Source: a virus
DNA: 64,000 nucleotides
IMG/VR virus record: IMGVR_UViG_3300044970_002549
Coordinates: 27,158-91,157 of that record
Strand: one strand, 5' to 3'
Numbering within the stretch: position 1 is the stretch's first letter; every line of letters starts with the position of its first letter. The position numbers and the translations under genes were made by a program. Positions 46,401-54,954 of this stretch are shown here, piece by piece. Under the pieces are notes generated by a model. That model searched no databases. It had not been told where the DNA came from and saw nothing but the letters and a program-made list of their open reading frames with translations.

Positions 46401-46821
46401 AGATATTGGTGGCGTCATAAGAAATGCTCCTACGCAACATACCGTTACTACTGGATATTATAGCGCAGTATGGTACACGTCTGCTAGCGGAGGAACGCAA
46501 CCATACGCATTGAGATTCTACACGTCTTCATCAAGGTATAAAACAGGAATTACCATCGCTGACGATGACATATTATCTAAATTTGATGAAATTGATGCTA
46601 AGCATTTTTATCGAAATGATGAAAATGGAAATCCGGGAACATGCCTGGAACTTGGATTTATTGCAGAAGATTTTAACGATGCTGGACTATCATGTGCTGT
46701 AACCTATACTCCAGACGGTGCTGCAGACTCTCTCATGGAATTTCCGATTATTGCAGTTCTTTGGCACAAAGTTAAGCAGCTAGATAAAAGGATTGCAGAA
46801 TTAGAAGGCAATGCCATCTAG
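43477..46821 (+). CDS. tail fibre/spike with C-terminal intramolecular chaperone (peptidase S74-like)
   Basis: G/S/T-rich repeats; SSSRYKTGI...GFIAED...VKQLDKRIAELE. Confidence 0.85.
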   Translation: MSEKLSSALLQSPNGGLFSTLSVDGSGIVIKNASDDQRSDGTFVPAGSDTLVLSAVGESSFLNASYMKVGVLDASLLRTGLLQTVASWNSKWYGSAEDSMDVQQGFSGGKFAVTSVSTGANSVTLSGVESATGTNHNITSGDFVRVSGLVFDDNTYGNVGIDSPGVGAAAYAEATATTSTTITYELTGVGAGKTTLDLALPFVSKVVPIVSASRVYDDELTNDNPGELSKVTVVTASSHGLSTGNYVELAGVEDSLNGVWRVSGAPNSTTFEFWQRFVEDLDWENDDSITLPEYGTPVAIEVAKSYRVTSDGTLMAYGSVFNPAGTRRSAILLRGGGTQGDIAVPADETLQIGYRNGAGGLGGTFTSIMTINTPASGNQGATVINGSLTVDTLTATTINGGTGSVPDDITAHTITTTQGNIRIRPYENDGGTADKRGELEFYTQIASTGYYTSRVMAFSDKDHGNALVIDPDLKVLGDAQVVGDLTVSGALTAGSFSIGTLNATTVNASSGYYNYLDVGNVATKHAVIQPNGQLTVNDDTNSTSANTGAVVIKGGAYVAQDLRVAGSIYVSVFSPDSITMGVGNNIISQGYVSASAGYYGSMIVGTGVSSKMEVDVSGQLTLNNSTAATSVAGALYIPTGGIRALTGNIGTLTVTSTFSPASLSISGGGGISVTGGGDIATTSSATANTMSATNGYYLNFAAGSSTKALIGLTGKLTVQNTDTSTSKSGLGATGSVVVAGDISVAKKIWAEDLDITGSLTGGFTLGAIAPSSVVSSYGYYTSLNGTTLSIGSSTAATIGAAGKVTINNTTSAVSTTTGALEVAGGVGIAGNLHVGGSINGTITLPSTISASSGYYQTLGSTTLDVGSVATGTRVAITSAGVVSITNANNATSRTTGALKVTGGVGISGDLYATNITATGTFSPTSISTGTISSTGTISGSTGYYDTIGVANLTVGGTTTNFVVTSSGAVDMDGSIDIGGVIRNAPTQHTVTTGYYSAVWYTSASGGTQPYALRFYTSSSRYKTGITIADDDILSKFDEIDAKHFYRNDENGNPGTCLELGFIAEDFNDAGLSCAVTYTPDGAADSLMEFPIIAVLWHKVKQLDKRIAELEGNAI

Positions 46822-46873
46822 CTTTCTTGGGCTTATCATTATTTAGCCTAAGGGCATATATATGGAGGTTTCT

Positions 46874-47476
46874 ATGCAGCTTCGCATTAAGTCCCAGCTC
46901 CCATACGTGGAGAAGGGTGGAATTCTTGACGATTGCGGTCCGTGCAGTGCATCTGCGGCCGTCTCCTGGGTTCTCGGGTATGCTCAGGACTTTACCGGCC
47001 TTGACGGGATCAAGGCAAAAGAAAAGGCAACAGGCTATGTTGACAAGCAGGGCGTGTCCGACAACGGATCTAACCTTTCCCAGCTGGCCAAAACCGCAAA
47101 GGTCCTTGGTGGCGCGGGCCGATATGCAAAGAACTGGGAAGATGTTCTTTCTGCCGGCAAGAAGGGCGCTGCAATCATCATTAACGTACAGGCGCCAAAG
47201 GGCTACCCGGTTCAGGCGCTTTCTTCTTGGAACAAGAAGTGGGCTGATTACTGGGGCAAGAAGGACCCGAAGGTAGTCAAGGCGGGCTATGGACACATGG
47301 TGTGCGCGGCCTGGGACAAGGAGCTTGGTTGGCAGTTTGCCGATCCAACCTTCAGCGGCAAGGGTAAAGAGCAGTTTGCCGCCCTCATTAGCGATGCCGA
47401 CCTCAAGGCGATTGCCTCAGGTAAGGGCGACAAGGCAGGGCCGCACGTGCGCTGCCTGATTGTAACGAAGAAGTAG
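46874..47476 (+). CDS. peptidase C39-like putative endolysin
   Basis: SQ...DDCG...GHM...ADP papain-like residues; GGAGG SD; next to the holin. Confidence 0.7.
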   Translation: MQLRIKSQLPYVEKGGILDDCGPCSASAAVSWVLGYAQDFTGLDGIKAKEKATGYVDKQGVSDNGSNLSQLAKTAKVLGGAGRYAKNWEDVLSAGKKGAAIIINVQAPKGYPVQALSSWNKKWADYWGKKDPKVVKAGYGHMVCAAWDKELGWQFADPTFSGKGKEQFAALISDADLKAIASGKGDKAGPHVRCLIVTKK

Positions 47477-47485
47477 GAGCATACT

Positions 47486-47917
47486 GTGGCATCTTTCAAG
47501 AACGGAGTTTTTTGGATCATTAACAATACTGGAATCGACGAGATGCTTCTAGAAGCTGCTCGTGCGTTTATTGCCACATCTATCGCGGTGGCACTCGGTC
47601 TTGGTATCCCGCTGCTAGACATCAGCGACGGGGACTTCCGAACGGTAATCTCTGCTGGACTTGCGGCGTGCCTTCAGGTCATCGTTAGGGCCCTCAACCC
47701 TGAGGATGGAAAGTTTGGCGTTGGCAAGGCAAAGGCTACCCGGGCCGAAGAGGCTGCGGCATCAGGAAATCGCGGTGGCGGGAGTGGTGGATACTATTAC
47801 TCGGCAGAGGTAGACGCTAGCGACCCCGAGCATCCAGACAATCACCCGCTTGAGTCAACGGTAGTTGAGGGCGGAGATCTTTTTGCCCAGGAAGTAATTT
47901 CAGAAAAGCAGGACTGA
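47486..47917 (+). CDS. putative holin
   Basis: Two hydrophobic helices (EAARAFIATSIAVALG; VISAGLAACLQVIV) and an acidic tail. Confidence 0.65.
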   Translation: MASFKNGVFWIINNTGIDEMLLEAARAFIATSIAVALGLGIPLLDISDGDFRTVISAGLAACLQVIVRALNPEDGKFGVGKAKATRAEEAAASGNRGGGSGGYYYSAEVDASDPEHPDNHPLESTVVEGGDLFAQEVISEKQD

Positions 47918-47926
47918 CCAAGGCAT

Positions 47927-47962
47927 AAATAAAAGGGCCGGCTTTTGCCGGCTCTTTTATTT
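47927..47962. terminator. bidirectional terminator
   Basis: AAATAAAAGGGCCGGC-TTTT-GCCGGCTCTTTTATTT between convergent genes. Confidence 0.85.
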
Positions 47963-48205
47963 TGCCTTAAATGCCTTACGTTGAGCTGTCAGTTGCTGTC
48001 GTCTTCCCTTTGCGGTGGTTGCCCATCGTAGCTTGTCTCGCTCTTGGCGACGCTTGATGTACTCAGCGCTTCTATTGCGCTTGCCATCTCCTGGTCGACC
48101 AGCCTCTCGCTCGCAAGCAATGCACCATGGAGTTTGACTTGATCGGAAAAACTCTGTGTCTGGAGGCCATGCATCATTGCATCTTGCGCATACCTTTGTC
48201 TTCAT
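47957..48205 (-). CDS. small zinc-finger protein
   Basis: KVCARC...EFF...WCIACE; basic tail. Confidence 0.7.
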   Translation of the reverse strand: MKTKVCARCNDAWPPDTEFFRSSQTPWCIACEREAGRPGDGKRNRSAEYIKRRQERDKLRWATTAKGRRQQLTAQRKAFKAK

Positions 48206-48988
48206 CTATTCAATGGTCCATCCATCGTTGAGCATTTTGATGGACAAGTCGCCATCCCAAATCATTGGGAAGTGCGTGGAGTGTGCAGTTCTGGCATCGA
48301 GCTTGAGCCAAATTTTACCGCCGAGCTCGCGCCAATCCTTACAGAATGTCCAGTCTTCCCCAACAAAATACTGATCCTTGTCTCTGGAGTACCTGAAATA
48401 TTCAAACACGTCTTCATCCGGCCCACCGTAGTGCTCCTTATACCGTCTGTCTGGGTGCCCCTTCTGAAACTCAAGAAATACTTTTCTATTAATAATCATA
48501 GCCCCGGTAGCGGTGCTGTCGGCTTGCGCAAATCCTAGTTCTCGTATTTCTTTTGGTGTTGATTCTTGGTTTTCTGACAGCACAAATGCCCCTGGTGACA
48601 TGCCTGCATGAAATGCCATTTGTCCACGATCAACATATTTTGCAATGTTTTGTGCCGACTTTTCTGTGGAAAATGTTCTTTTGCAATATGGGAGGGCCGT
48701 AAACTTTAACCCTGACTTCACGCAATCAATAACGTCCTTGGGTGACAGTCCAACGTCTGCGTCAAGAAGAAGGGCATGCGAAAAGCCAGATTGCATAAAG
48801 TTATGAATGCATCTGTTTCTTGCTACCGTTAAAATAGAGTTACCAGCTAATGGTTGCCAGTGGACTCGTATGCCCTCCTGGGCCGCAGCGTTAATAACAG
48901 AAACAACCGTCGTAACGTACTCTACGCTGAACGATCCATGAATGCTTGGCGTAGTGATGTATATTGATGGTTTTATTTGCTCTGCCAT
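48206..48988 (-). CDS. GT-A fold glycosyltransferase-like protein
   Basis: ARN...LLLDAD...ATGAMIINRKVF...GEDWTFC...H. Confidence 0.75.
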   Translation of the reverse strand: MAEQIKPSIYITTPSIHGSFSVEYVTTVVSVINAAAQEGIRVHWQPLAGNSILTVARNRCIHNFMQSGFSHALLLDADVGLSPKDVIDCVKSGLKFTALPYCKRTFSTEKSAQNIAKYVDRGQMAFHAGMSPGAFVLSENQESTPKEIRELGFAQADSTATGAMIINRKVFLEFQKGHPDRRYKEHYGGPDEDVFEYFRYSRDKDQYFVGEDWTFCKDWRELGGKIWLKLDARTAHSTHFPMIWDGDLSIKMLNDGWTIE

Positions 48989-49032
48989 GACACCTCCTGC
49001 AGGGCACTTGGCCCCGCAGGAATGGTATCACA

Positions 49033-49209
49033 TCAGTCTTCGTTGCGCCAACGGAGTGGTCCGGTTACCAGCCACGCCGTAGACAGGGCAAGCAAAATCG
49101 AGCCAACAACGTCCCTAGTTTCGCCTTCGGGCAAAACTGCCCAAGCAATAGCCAACCCAAAGATTGTCCATCCGCCAGCAATAATGTCGTTTACCGCGTT
49201 TTTAATCAT
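49033..49209 (-). CDS. 58-aa two-TM membrane protein (not in the ORF track)
   Basis: [58 protein letters not shown]; AAGGAG SD; ATGA overlap. Confidence 0.7.
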   Translation of the reverse strand: MIKNAVNDIIAGGWTIFGLAIAWAVLPEGETRDVVGSILLALSTAWLVTGPLRWRNED

Positions 49210-50453
49210 TTTCCGTTTCTCCTTCCACTGCTACCAGATGACCCAGTTGGTCCAGACGACCCCCTGGATGCCGCCGCACTTGCCGCAGCAGCCGCGGCCT
49301 GAGCAACTTGCGTGACAACAACAGAGGCTACGACGATAGGCTGGGCCTGCTCGCGCTCCTCTGGAGATAGGTCTTGACCAAGATTCGTCACTGCAGACAC
49401 TGCTTCTCCTACGGCTTCAGCTGCCGCAGCAGCGGCCTCTCCAACAGCCTCCACCGCGGCGGCAGCAACTTCACCAACTGCCTCCACGGCAGCGCCCACA
49501 GCTGCTGCTGCCTCTCCTAGAACTGGCACAGAGGGCTCTGGCGGCTCAGGAGTAGGAACAGGGCTGGGATCAGGAGAAGGGGCAGGAGACGGCGAAACAC
49601 TTGGCTCCACGGTTCCTCCGGGCGTCGGCTCGGGTGAGGTAGACGGGTTCGGTGTTGGTCCATTTGTGGCCTCCGGGCTAGGCGTCGGGGTCGGCACGAT
49701 TGACGGCTCCGGCGTTGGTGTCGCTATCGGGTACGGTGGCTCATCAGTTGGCTCAGGGCTTGGGGTAGGGCTTGGCGTAAGCGTCGGGGAGGGCTCTACA
49801 GAAGGCTCTGGCGTGGGGGTAGGAGCCACGCTAGGGCTAGGTGTAGGCGGTTCTGGCGTCTGAGTAGGGGTCGGCTCGGGGGTCGGCTCTGGCGTGGGCG
49901 TAGGCGTTGGTTCTGGGGTTGGCTCTGGCGTGGGCTCAGGAGTTGGCTCAGGGGTGGGCTCAGGTCCTGGGGGCGCAACAACCCACGAGGTGTTGTAGAT
50001 CGTCAACGTTCCAACGCCACAGCACGAATCAACTGAAAGCACGCGGAAACCAAATGCCCCGCCAGCGGTCACGTAGACCTCAAGCGTGCCACCTGCTGAT
50101 TGGGTGTTGTTAGCGAGATCGGTCCATAGGCTTTCCATCAAAACCTGTGGCCGGTCAAAGTATGCGTTGTCGGTCGTGATAAACGACCAAGAGAATGTGA
50201 CGAGCTCGCCTATCGAAGAGTTCGTTGTGAGTCCGGTGATAGTGTTCTGCCATGGCTGTCCTGGCAACACGTTGTTGCTTCCATCAATGACAATGGTGCC
50301 TTCGGTAATCGTGATGACTCCGTTGGCATCCACCTGCTGATCCCATTGGTCGGTCTCATCCAGGCCGTAGACAGGAGAAGTAACGTATCCAAAAAACAGC
50401 GTGCTGACGATAAGCCAAATGGTGGCGGCAGAAATAAATCTCTTAGTGCTCAT
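49206..50453 (-). CDS. exported protein with beta domain and long PEPT/PSPT stalk
   Basis: Signal-peptide-like N-terminus (start moved to 50453); about 150-aa Pro/Thr/Ser/Glu repeat; Ala-rich C-terminus. Confidence 0.8.
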   Translation of the reverse strand: MSTKRFISAATIWLIVSTLFFGYVTSPVYGLDETDQWDQQVDANGVITITEGTIVIDGSNNVLPGQPWQNTITGLTTNSSIGELVTFSWSFITTDNAYFDRPQVLMESLWTDLANNTQSAGGTLEVYVTAGGAFGFRVLSVDSCCGVGTLTIYNTSWVVAPPGPEPTPEPTPEPTPEPTPEPTPTPTPEPTPEPTPTQTPEPPTPSPSVAPTPTPEPSVEPSPTLTPSPTPSPEPTDEPPYPIATPTPEPSIVPTPTPSPEATNGPTPNPSTSPEPTPGGTVEPSVSPSPAPSPDPSPVPTPEPPEPSVPVLGEAAAAVGAAVEAVGEVAAAAVEAVGEAAAAAAEAVGEAVSAVTNLGQDLSPEEREQAQPIVVASVVVTQVAQAAAAAASAAASRGSSGPTGSSGSSGRRNGK

Positions 50454-50638
50454 TACTTGCCCTGTGCTGCAAGCCATGCCGCCAGGGAGCTAATCCCCGT
50501 CAGGCCAAGAAGTCCTACTATGAATTTCCCCAGGCGGAATGCCCCGCGGGTTTCCGCCATCTCAATGCGCATGGAGGAAATATCTTCGTCAAGCTTGTCG
50601 AGCCGATCAATAATTTGCTGGATATTGTTTGCGGTCAT
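50453..50638 (-). CDS. XhlA/holin-like small membrane protein
   Basis: Coiled coil followed by one C-terminal TM helix; GGAGG SD. Confidence 0.65.
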   Translation of the reverse strand: MTANNIQQIIDRLDKLDEDISSMRIEMAETRGAFRLGKFIVGLLGLTGISSLAAWLAAQGK

Positions 50639-50711
50639 GCGGCCTCCATGTGTTGTGCAAAGAGATTGATGTGCACACTATATAGAAAGCTTTACATGAC
50701 CGCAATAAAAG

Positions 50712-50897
50712 CTACTTCTGCTTTTTCTGCTCCGGATCGACTGCCTTAATATCATCAACAATAATTTCATCTGCCTGCAGGCGGGTAATTTCCGCCTGCA
50801 ATACCCTGATGTTTTCAGCTGCTACATCAAGTTGGATTGACATAAACCCAATCTTTTTGAGCATATCTTCAATTGATACTTTTCCATCTTCCGACAT
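50712..50897 (-). CDS. small coiled-coil protein
   Basis: 61 aa; AGGAG SD. Confidence 0.6.
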   Translation of the reverse strand: MSEDGKVSIEDMLKKIGFMSIQLDVAAENIRVLQAEITRLQADEIIVDDIKAVDPEQKKQK

Positions 50898-50983
50898 ATT
50901 TTTCTCCTATACTCTGACCCACCGCACTTGCGGTTCGTGTCAAATCATACCACATTAGAAGGTCTTCTACTGTGATCTGAATG

Positions 50984-51745
50984 TTATCCGACATTTTGTC
51001 CTCCAAAATTTTGACCAGTGAGGCGACATGCCTCCCGTATTACCGAGTTTACATTACAGTCCAACCCTTCGTCAACATAGGTCAGCTTGATAATGTTTGG
51101 GTGTCTTTTGACAATCTCTGCCACCACCTCTGGGTTTTGATCTGTTTCAATTCTAGCAAGTGCAGCTGGCCCGCCTGGCTCTAGGGCATCAGAATGCAGA
51201 ACACTTAACCACAGATTAGAAAACTCCGCATTAACTTCTAGGAGTTCAATAAACGTTTTGTCTATAAGGAAATAGTCATCATCACCATGAGCGCCCAGAT
51301 AGGACTGCATTGCGCTAATCCAAATCAGTGGAATTCTTGAACCTTTCGTTGAGGCCATAAACCACCCGCACGCGCCCGGAACCCCGACCGGCTCGTGCGC
51401 CTCCCATCCCTTCCCTGCATTAATCCACTTCTGTCCTTGATACATCCAAAAATCCTCCCGCAAGGGGAGCCACTCATCTAATGGTCGCAGGCACATAACG
51501 CTAGCATCAGTCCACACGCCCCCATACGCATGCATAAGGTATAGGCGAATTAGGTCCGAGCGCTTTTGTGGTGAAAGATATTTAGGGGCAATAGCCTCTG
51601 GCACATAGTCTGTGATGTTTTTTTCTGTCAGGCGAATTATTTCCCAATCTGGGTTTAATTTGATCCATGAATCTAGGCAAATCCTTGCGACACGTGGGGC
51701 CCGATCCCATCCCTGAAACCATAAGATCCAAATTCTTTTAATCAA
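50984..51745 (-). CDS. GT32/capsular-synthesis-like glycosyltransferase
   Basis: IWILWFQG...SW...NPDW...SDLIRLYL...YGGVWTDA. Confidence 0.85.
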   Translation of the reverse strand: MIKRIWILWFQGWDRAPRVARICLDSWIKLNPDWEIIRLTEKNITDYVPEAIAPKYLSPQKRSDLIRLYLMHAYGGVWTDASVMCLRPLDEWLPLREDFWMYQGQKWINAGKGWEAHEPVGVPGACGWFMASTKGSRIPLIWISAMQSYLGAHGDDDYFLIDKTFIELLEVNAEFSNLWLSVLHSDALEPGGPAALARIETDQNPEVVAEIVKRHPNIIKLTYVDEGLDCNVNSVIREACRLTGQNFGGQNVG

Positions 51746-52826
51746 TTGGATAAGCCCCTACATTTGCATATTCGTATTGATTCCTTCTGACAAGGTTGTT
51801 AAACTTAAAGTACATTTTTCTGTTGGCGTCTCCAAGATATACCCCAGCATACGCCTCATATGCCTTAATTTTGTTTTTGTTATCTGGATTTGTAAAATAT
51901 TTCTGCATATTTTTATTAATTTCCTCAAAGATGTCCCCTGCTAATCCGACGCCCACAGCAAGGTCCTTAATGTTTGCCCTATCTCCATACTCTTCAGTTT
52001 TCTCCTCGCAATACATATGGAGAATTGGGCAGGTAACATACGGGTAAACTAGACTAAATCCATTGTCAATCAACTCAATTGACTGAACAATCTCCTCTTC
52101 CCAAAACAAAAATTCAGGGTGGAGCCCAACATACTGCACAAGAATCCTTGTTGAGAACATAAATGCACCAGTGACCTTTATGGCTGGTGCAAACCCCGTT
52201 TCGGTCACAAGCTTTTCTAGGTTCATTGTCACATGGCTCGGGCTTTTGTGTCTCCACCTTGGGATCGCGTCCTTTACCCACCACCAACCCGTCATCCAAT
52301 ACGGATAACCGACAACATCACTTTCACTGTAGTCAAGTTCGTAGTTTTTTTGCAATGGATACCAATAGGGCTCGGGAACTCCGGTAATAACTGTTCTCTC
52401 ATTGTTTGTTATTTTTAAAGCCCGGCTATGCGTTTCAATCAGTTTGCTGTCCCAGTCTTTTACGAAATAAGAGTGCGCGTCAACCTGTAGAACGTAGTCT
52501 TCGTCCCCGTACATGGAATACGCTGCATTTCTTCCTTTGCCAATCCCATAATTTTCTGCAAGTGAAAAATGCTTAATTATTACATTTGGTATAGAGAATA
52601 TGTCTGGAGATTCTTGCTGCTGGCTAGCGAATGACTCTTCCGTAGATATGTAAGCAACACCTATGGAGACGTCGTTATTTCCTGATCTGTTTTGCAGGCA
52701 CGACAATATAGTGACTGGGAGCTCGGAATCACGCTCCAATACGGATACCGCCACATAAATACTTTTTCTTACGGCGTTGCTGGGCATGTGTGTACGGATT
52801 GAGTTTTTACTATAGATGAATGCCAT
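51738..52826 (-). CDS. Gnt1-like (GT60) GlcNAc transferase
   Basis: RDSEL..TI; GIGKGR; YVLQVDAHSYFVKDWD; GAFMFS; FWEEE; G..L. Confidence 0.75.
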   Translation of the reverse strand: MAFIYSKNSIRTHMPSNAVRKSIYVAVSVLERDSELPVTILSCLQNRSGNNDVSIGVAYISTEESFASQQQESPDIFSIPNVIIKHFSLAENYGIGKGRNAAYSMYGDEDYVLQVDAHSYFVKDWDSKLIETHSRALKITNNERTVITGVPEPYWYPLQKNYELDYSESDVVGYPYWMTGWWWVKDAIPRWRHKSPSHVTMNLEKLVTETGFAPAIKVTGAFMFSTRILVQYVGLHPEFLFWEEEIVQSIELIDNGFSLVYPYVTCPILHMYCEEKTEEYGDRANIKDLAVGVGLAGDIFEEINKNMQKYFTNPDNKNKIKAYEAYAGVYLGDANRKMYFKFNNLVRRNQYEYANVGAYPID

Positions 52827-53518
52827 GGTGGATTTACGCCAAGACTGTTGTTAAGGGATATCCCTGGCCGCGCAACAGCGCCAGCCTGAACAAAATCTGG
52901 GACCTTAAGGGCAGCCGCACTTATCTTTTCATATTTCCCCATTGATTGAACCCTGTCCCCGTGGCACCTTAGTCTCAATGGGTTGTCAGAATGATCATAT
53001 CCAATCATAAGGGGGACAAATTCATCCGCTGGTATAATGGCTTTTGGCGTATTCGCCCTGATGAGCGCCTCCGCTCCTTTTGGGGTAATAATGTACGAAG
53101 AAAGCCAGTAGGGATATCTTGGCTTAATCAGATCGTCGTCAATGCGAATAATTTTAGATGGAATATTTTCCGAATATCCAAGGTATAGGATGTCATATTC
53201 CTTTATGGCCCTTTCATAAAGTTCAAACCGCGGCTGAATTAGGGGTATCGCGTCGTCTTCTAGTATTAGAAGCGGCTCGTTTATTCGCTGGCAAACCCCC
53301 CAGGACTGAAGGTGGCTAACAAAACACGCAACCTCTTCGTCGGTTGTAATTTTACCCGTATGCGAATCTCTCCATTCGCGGTCTGCGCTCCATCCCTCAG
53401 CCCTAGCATCAGCAGCATTTATGGACGGCATTAAGTCAAATGGAATCCCGCGCATTGCCCAAGAAAAAGACTCAAGCCTGTCCGGTCTTGACTTAAGATT
53501 TATGACGCCTATCTTCAT
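52769..53518 (-). CDS. GT25 glycosyltransferase
   Basis: VINLKSRPDR; EVACFVSH...W; LILEDDA; LYLG; SYIIT..GA..L; PADEF. Confidence 0.88.
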   Translation of the reverse strand: MKIGVINLKSRPDRLESFSWAMRGIPFDLMPSINAADARAEGWSADREWRDSHTGKITTDEEVACFVSHLQSWGVCQRINEPLLILEDDAIPLIQPRFELYERAIKEYDILYLGYSENIPSKIIRIDDDLIKPRYPYWLSSYIITPKGAEALIRANTPKAIIPADEFVPLMIGYDHSDNPLRLRCHGDRVQSMGKYEKISAAALKVPDFVQAGAVARPGISLNNSLGVNPPWHSSIVKTQSVHTCPATP

Positions 53519-54333
53519 TTAAATTCTTTCTTTGCCCAAAAGAATTTCTTGTATGGGGCCCTAAATACGCTATTGAGCCGTGCAAAGATTTTTAAACCGC
53601 CGCGCTCCAGTTCTGCTGCGTCTTCTTCTGAGTCAGAAATATATGACGACCAGGACTCCCTTTTGAAGGGAATCACCTGGGCTAAAGGTGTTCCCGCTGG
53701 AACAATCCCATCAAAATGAGGATCTTTGAACACCATCATAAAGTTGATTTGTGGCGCAAATTGGTCAGAATCAATTACCCCAGGGACTATTTCCCAATAC
53801 TTGCTCGGGTTGTTTAGCGGCTCAGTAATAATTACAGAATATCCCGGAGGTGTAATAATTCTCCATGGGGTAAAAACTTTTCTTAAGCGCTGGCCAGAAT
53901 TCTGGCATAGCGGGTGGGTCATGGCCTGTCCGTAGTCATGATGGCTTATTTCTAGGGACGGGATTCTTTCTAGCCGTCTTGGGTGCGTTGCCTCAATCAC
54001 CACCTCTTCTTGGGGGCAATCTGGAACGTTAGTGTTTAAGTCGCCAGTGTATGGCTTTACATACATTTCGGCAGTGGTAACAAGACCATATCCAAGCGTA
54101 AGCGAGTCAAGGATTGGAATGCACCGCTTGATAGTGGGCATTTCGTTTCCGTTCAATATGTTAATGCTGTCGTCGTTGTCGGCTAAGCCGTTAAATCCGC
54201 CGTGGGACGGCATATCCTTCCACCAGTCAGCCAGCATCTTTGACATTGGCCGGGGGAGCGACTCTGGGTTCACGTCAACATTGCCCCAGTGACCGTAGTT
54301 TGGAAATATGGCTATGCGCTTATCTTTGGTCAT
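53515..54333 (-). CDS. DUF6065-like protein, paralogue 1
   Basis: TIKRCIPILD..GY; PW.I.TPPGYS; PGVIDSD; AGTPLAQVIPFKRE. Confidence 0.65.
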   Translation of the reverse strand: MTKDKRIAIFPNYGHWGNVDVNPESLPRPMSKMLADWWKDMPSHGGFNGLADNDDSINILNGNEMPTIKRCIPILDSLTLGYGLVTTAEMYVKPYTGDLNTNVPDCPQEEVVIEATHPRRLERIPSLEISHHDYGQAMTHPLCQNSGQRLRKVFTPWRIITPPGYSVIITEPLNNPSKYWEIVPGVIDSDQFAPQINFMMVFKDPHFDGIVPAGTPLAQVIPFKRESWSSYISDSEEDAAELERGGLKIFARLNSVFRAPYKKFFWAKKEFK

Positions 54334-54953
54334 ATGACGCACACTGAATCATGGGCAATAACAGCTGCAATTCTTTGATTTCCCCATAAATCGGACAGGA
54401 AATTATTCCCCTTGTTGGCGTAGATCTGGCTTAATCCTCGCATTTTTTCCCCAGTGTGCCACATTGGCATTGTGTACCTGAGACCGCTGGTCACGGGCTC
54501 CACTTCATGTAGGTACTCCCAGCCGCCGCTTGGGAAAATAACGGCGGATAGCGGCTCAGGGGAATACCGCACATTATGATTTGGGAACACTATGTCCCCA
54601 CCAGTAAATTCTCCACCGAGATAAATCACGCTGCTGAAAATAATGTGTTCAGAACCAGTGTGGGAGTCAGTATGCCCCCCCGCCTCTGCCCCAGCACCCC
54701 AAAGGGAGGCGTGACATTGGGTTGTATAGAGCGGCGGAACCCATCCAAATTCTTGTCGGTGGACATCTAATATTTTGTCAGAATACTTTTTAAGAATCAT
54801 CTGCGATTCAGAATTATTTTCAGAAAGCACAGAAATGTTTGGGTTATGGTTGTCAATAAAAGGTATGCGCGGACCAGAGTCAATAAGGGAAATCATTCTT
54901 GCGGCGTCTTCTGGCTCTACAAAATTCTTAATTATTTTAATCCTGTGGCTCAT
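54330..54953 (-). CDS. 2OG-Fe(II) oxygenase, prolyl 4-hydroxylase-like
   Basis: HTD...SSVIYL...GG...F...HEV..V.SGLRY. Confidence 0.88.
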   Translation of the reverse strand: MSHRIKIIKNFVEPEDAARMISLIDSGPRIPFIDNHNPNISVLSENNSESQMILKKYSDKILDVHRQEFGWVPPLYTTQCHASLWGAGAEAGGHTDSHTGSEHIIFSSVIYLGGEFTGGDIVFPNHNVRYSPEPLSAVIFPSGGWEYLHEVEPVTSGLRYTMPMWHTGEKMRGLSQIYANKGNNFLSDLWGNQRIAAVIAHDSVCVI

Positions 54954-54954
54954 T

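Noticed and set aside
46827-47276. Overlapping ORF within the lysin as a spanin
   Set aside because: No lipobox or SD; Arg-rich shadow composition.
49540-49970. 12-bp-type tandem repeats as a non-coding repeat locus
   Set aside because: They encode the PEPT/PSPT stalk and vary at synonymous positions.
50911-50945. tRNA-like element (GGTTCG near a hairpin)
   Set aside because: Too short for a cloverleaf; better explained as a leader hairpin of the minus-strand gene at 50897.
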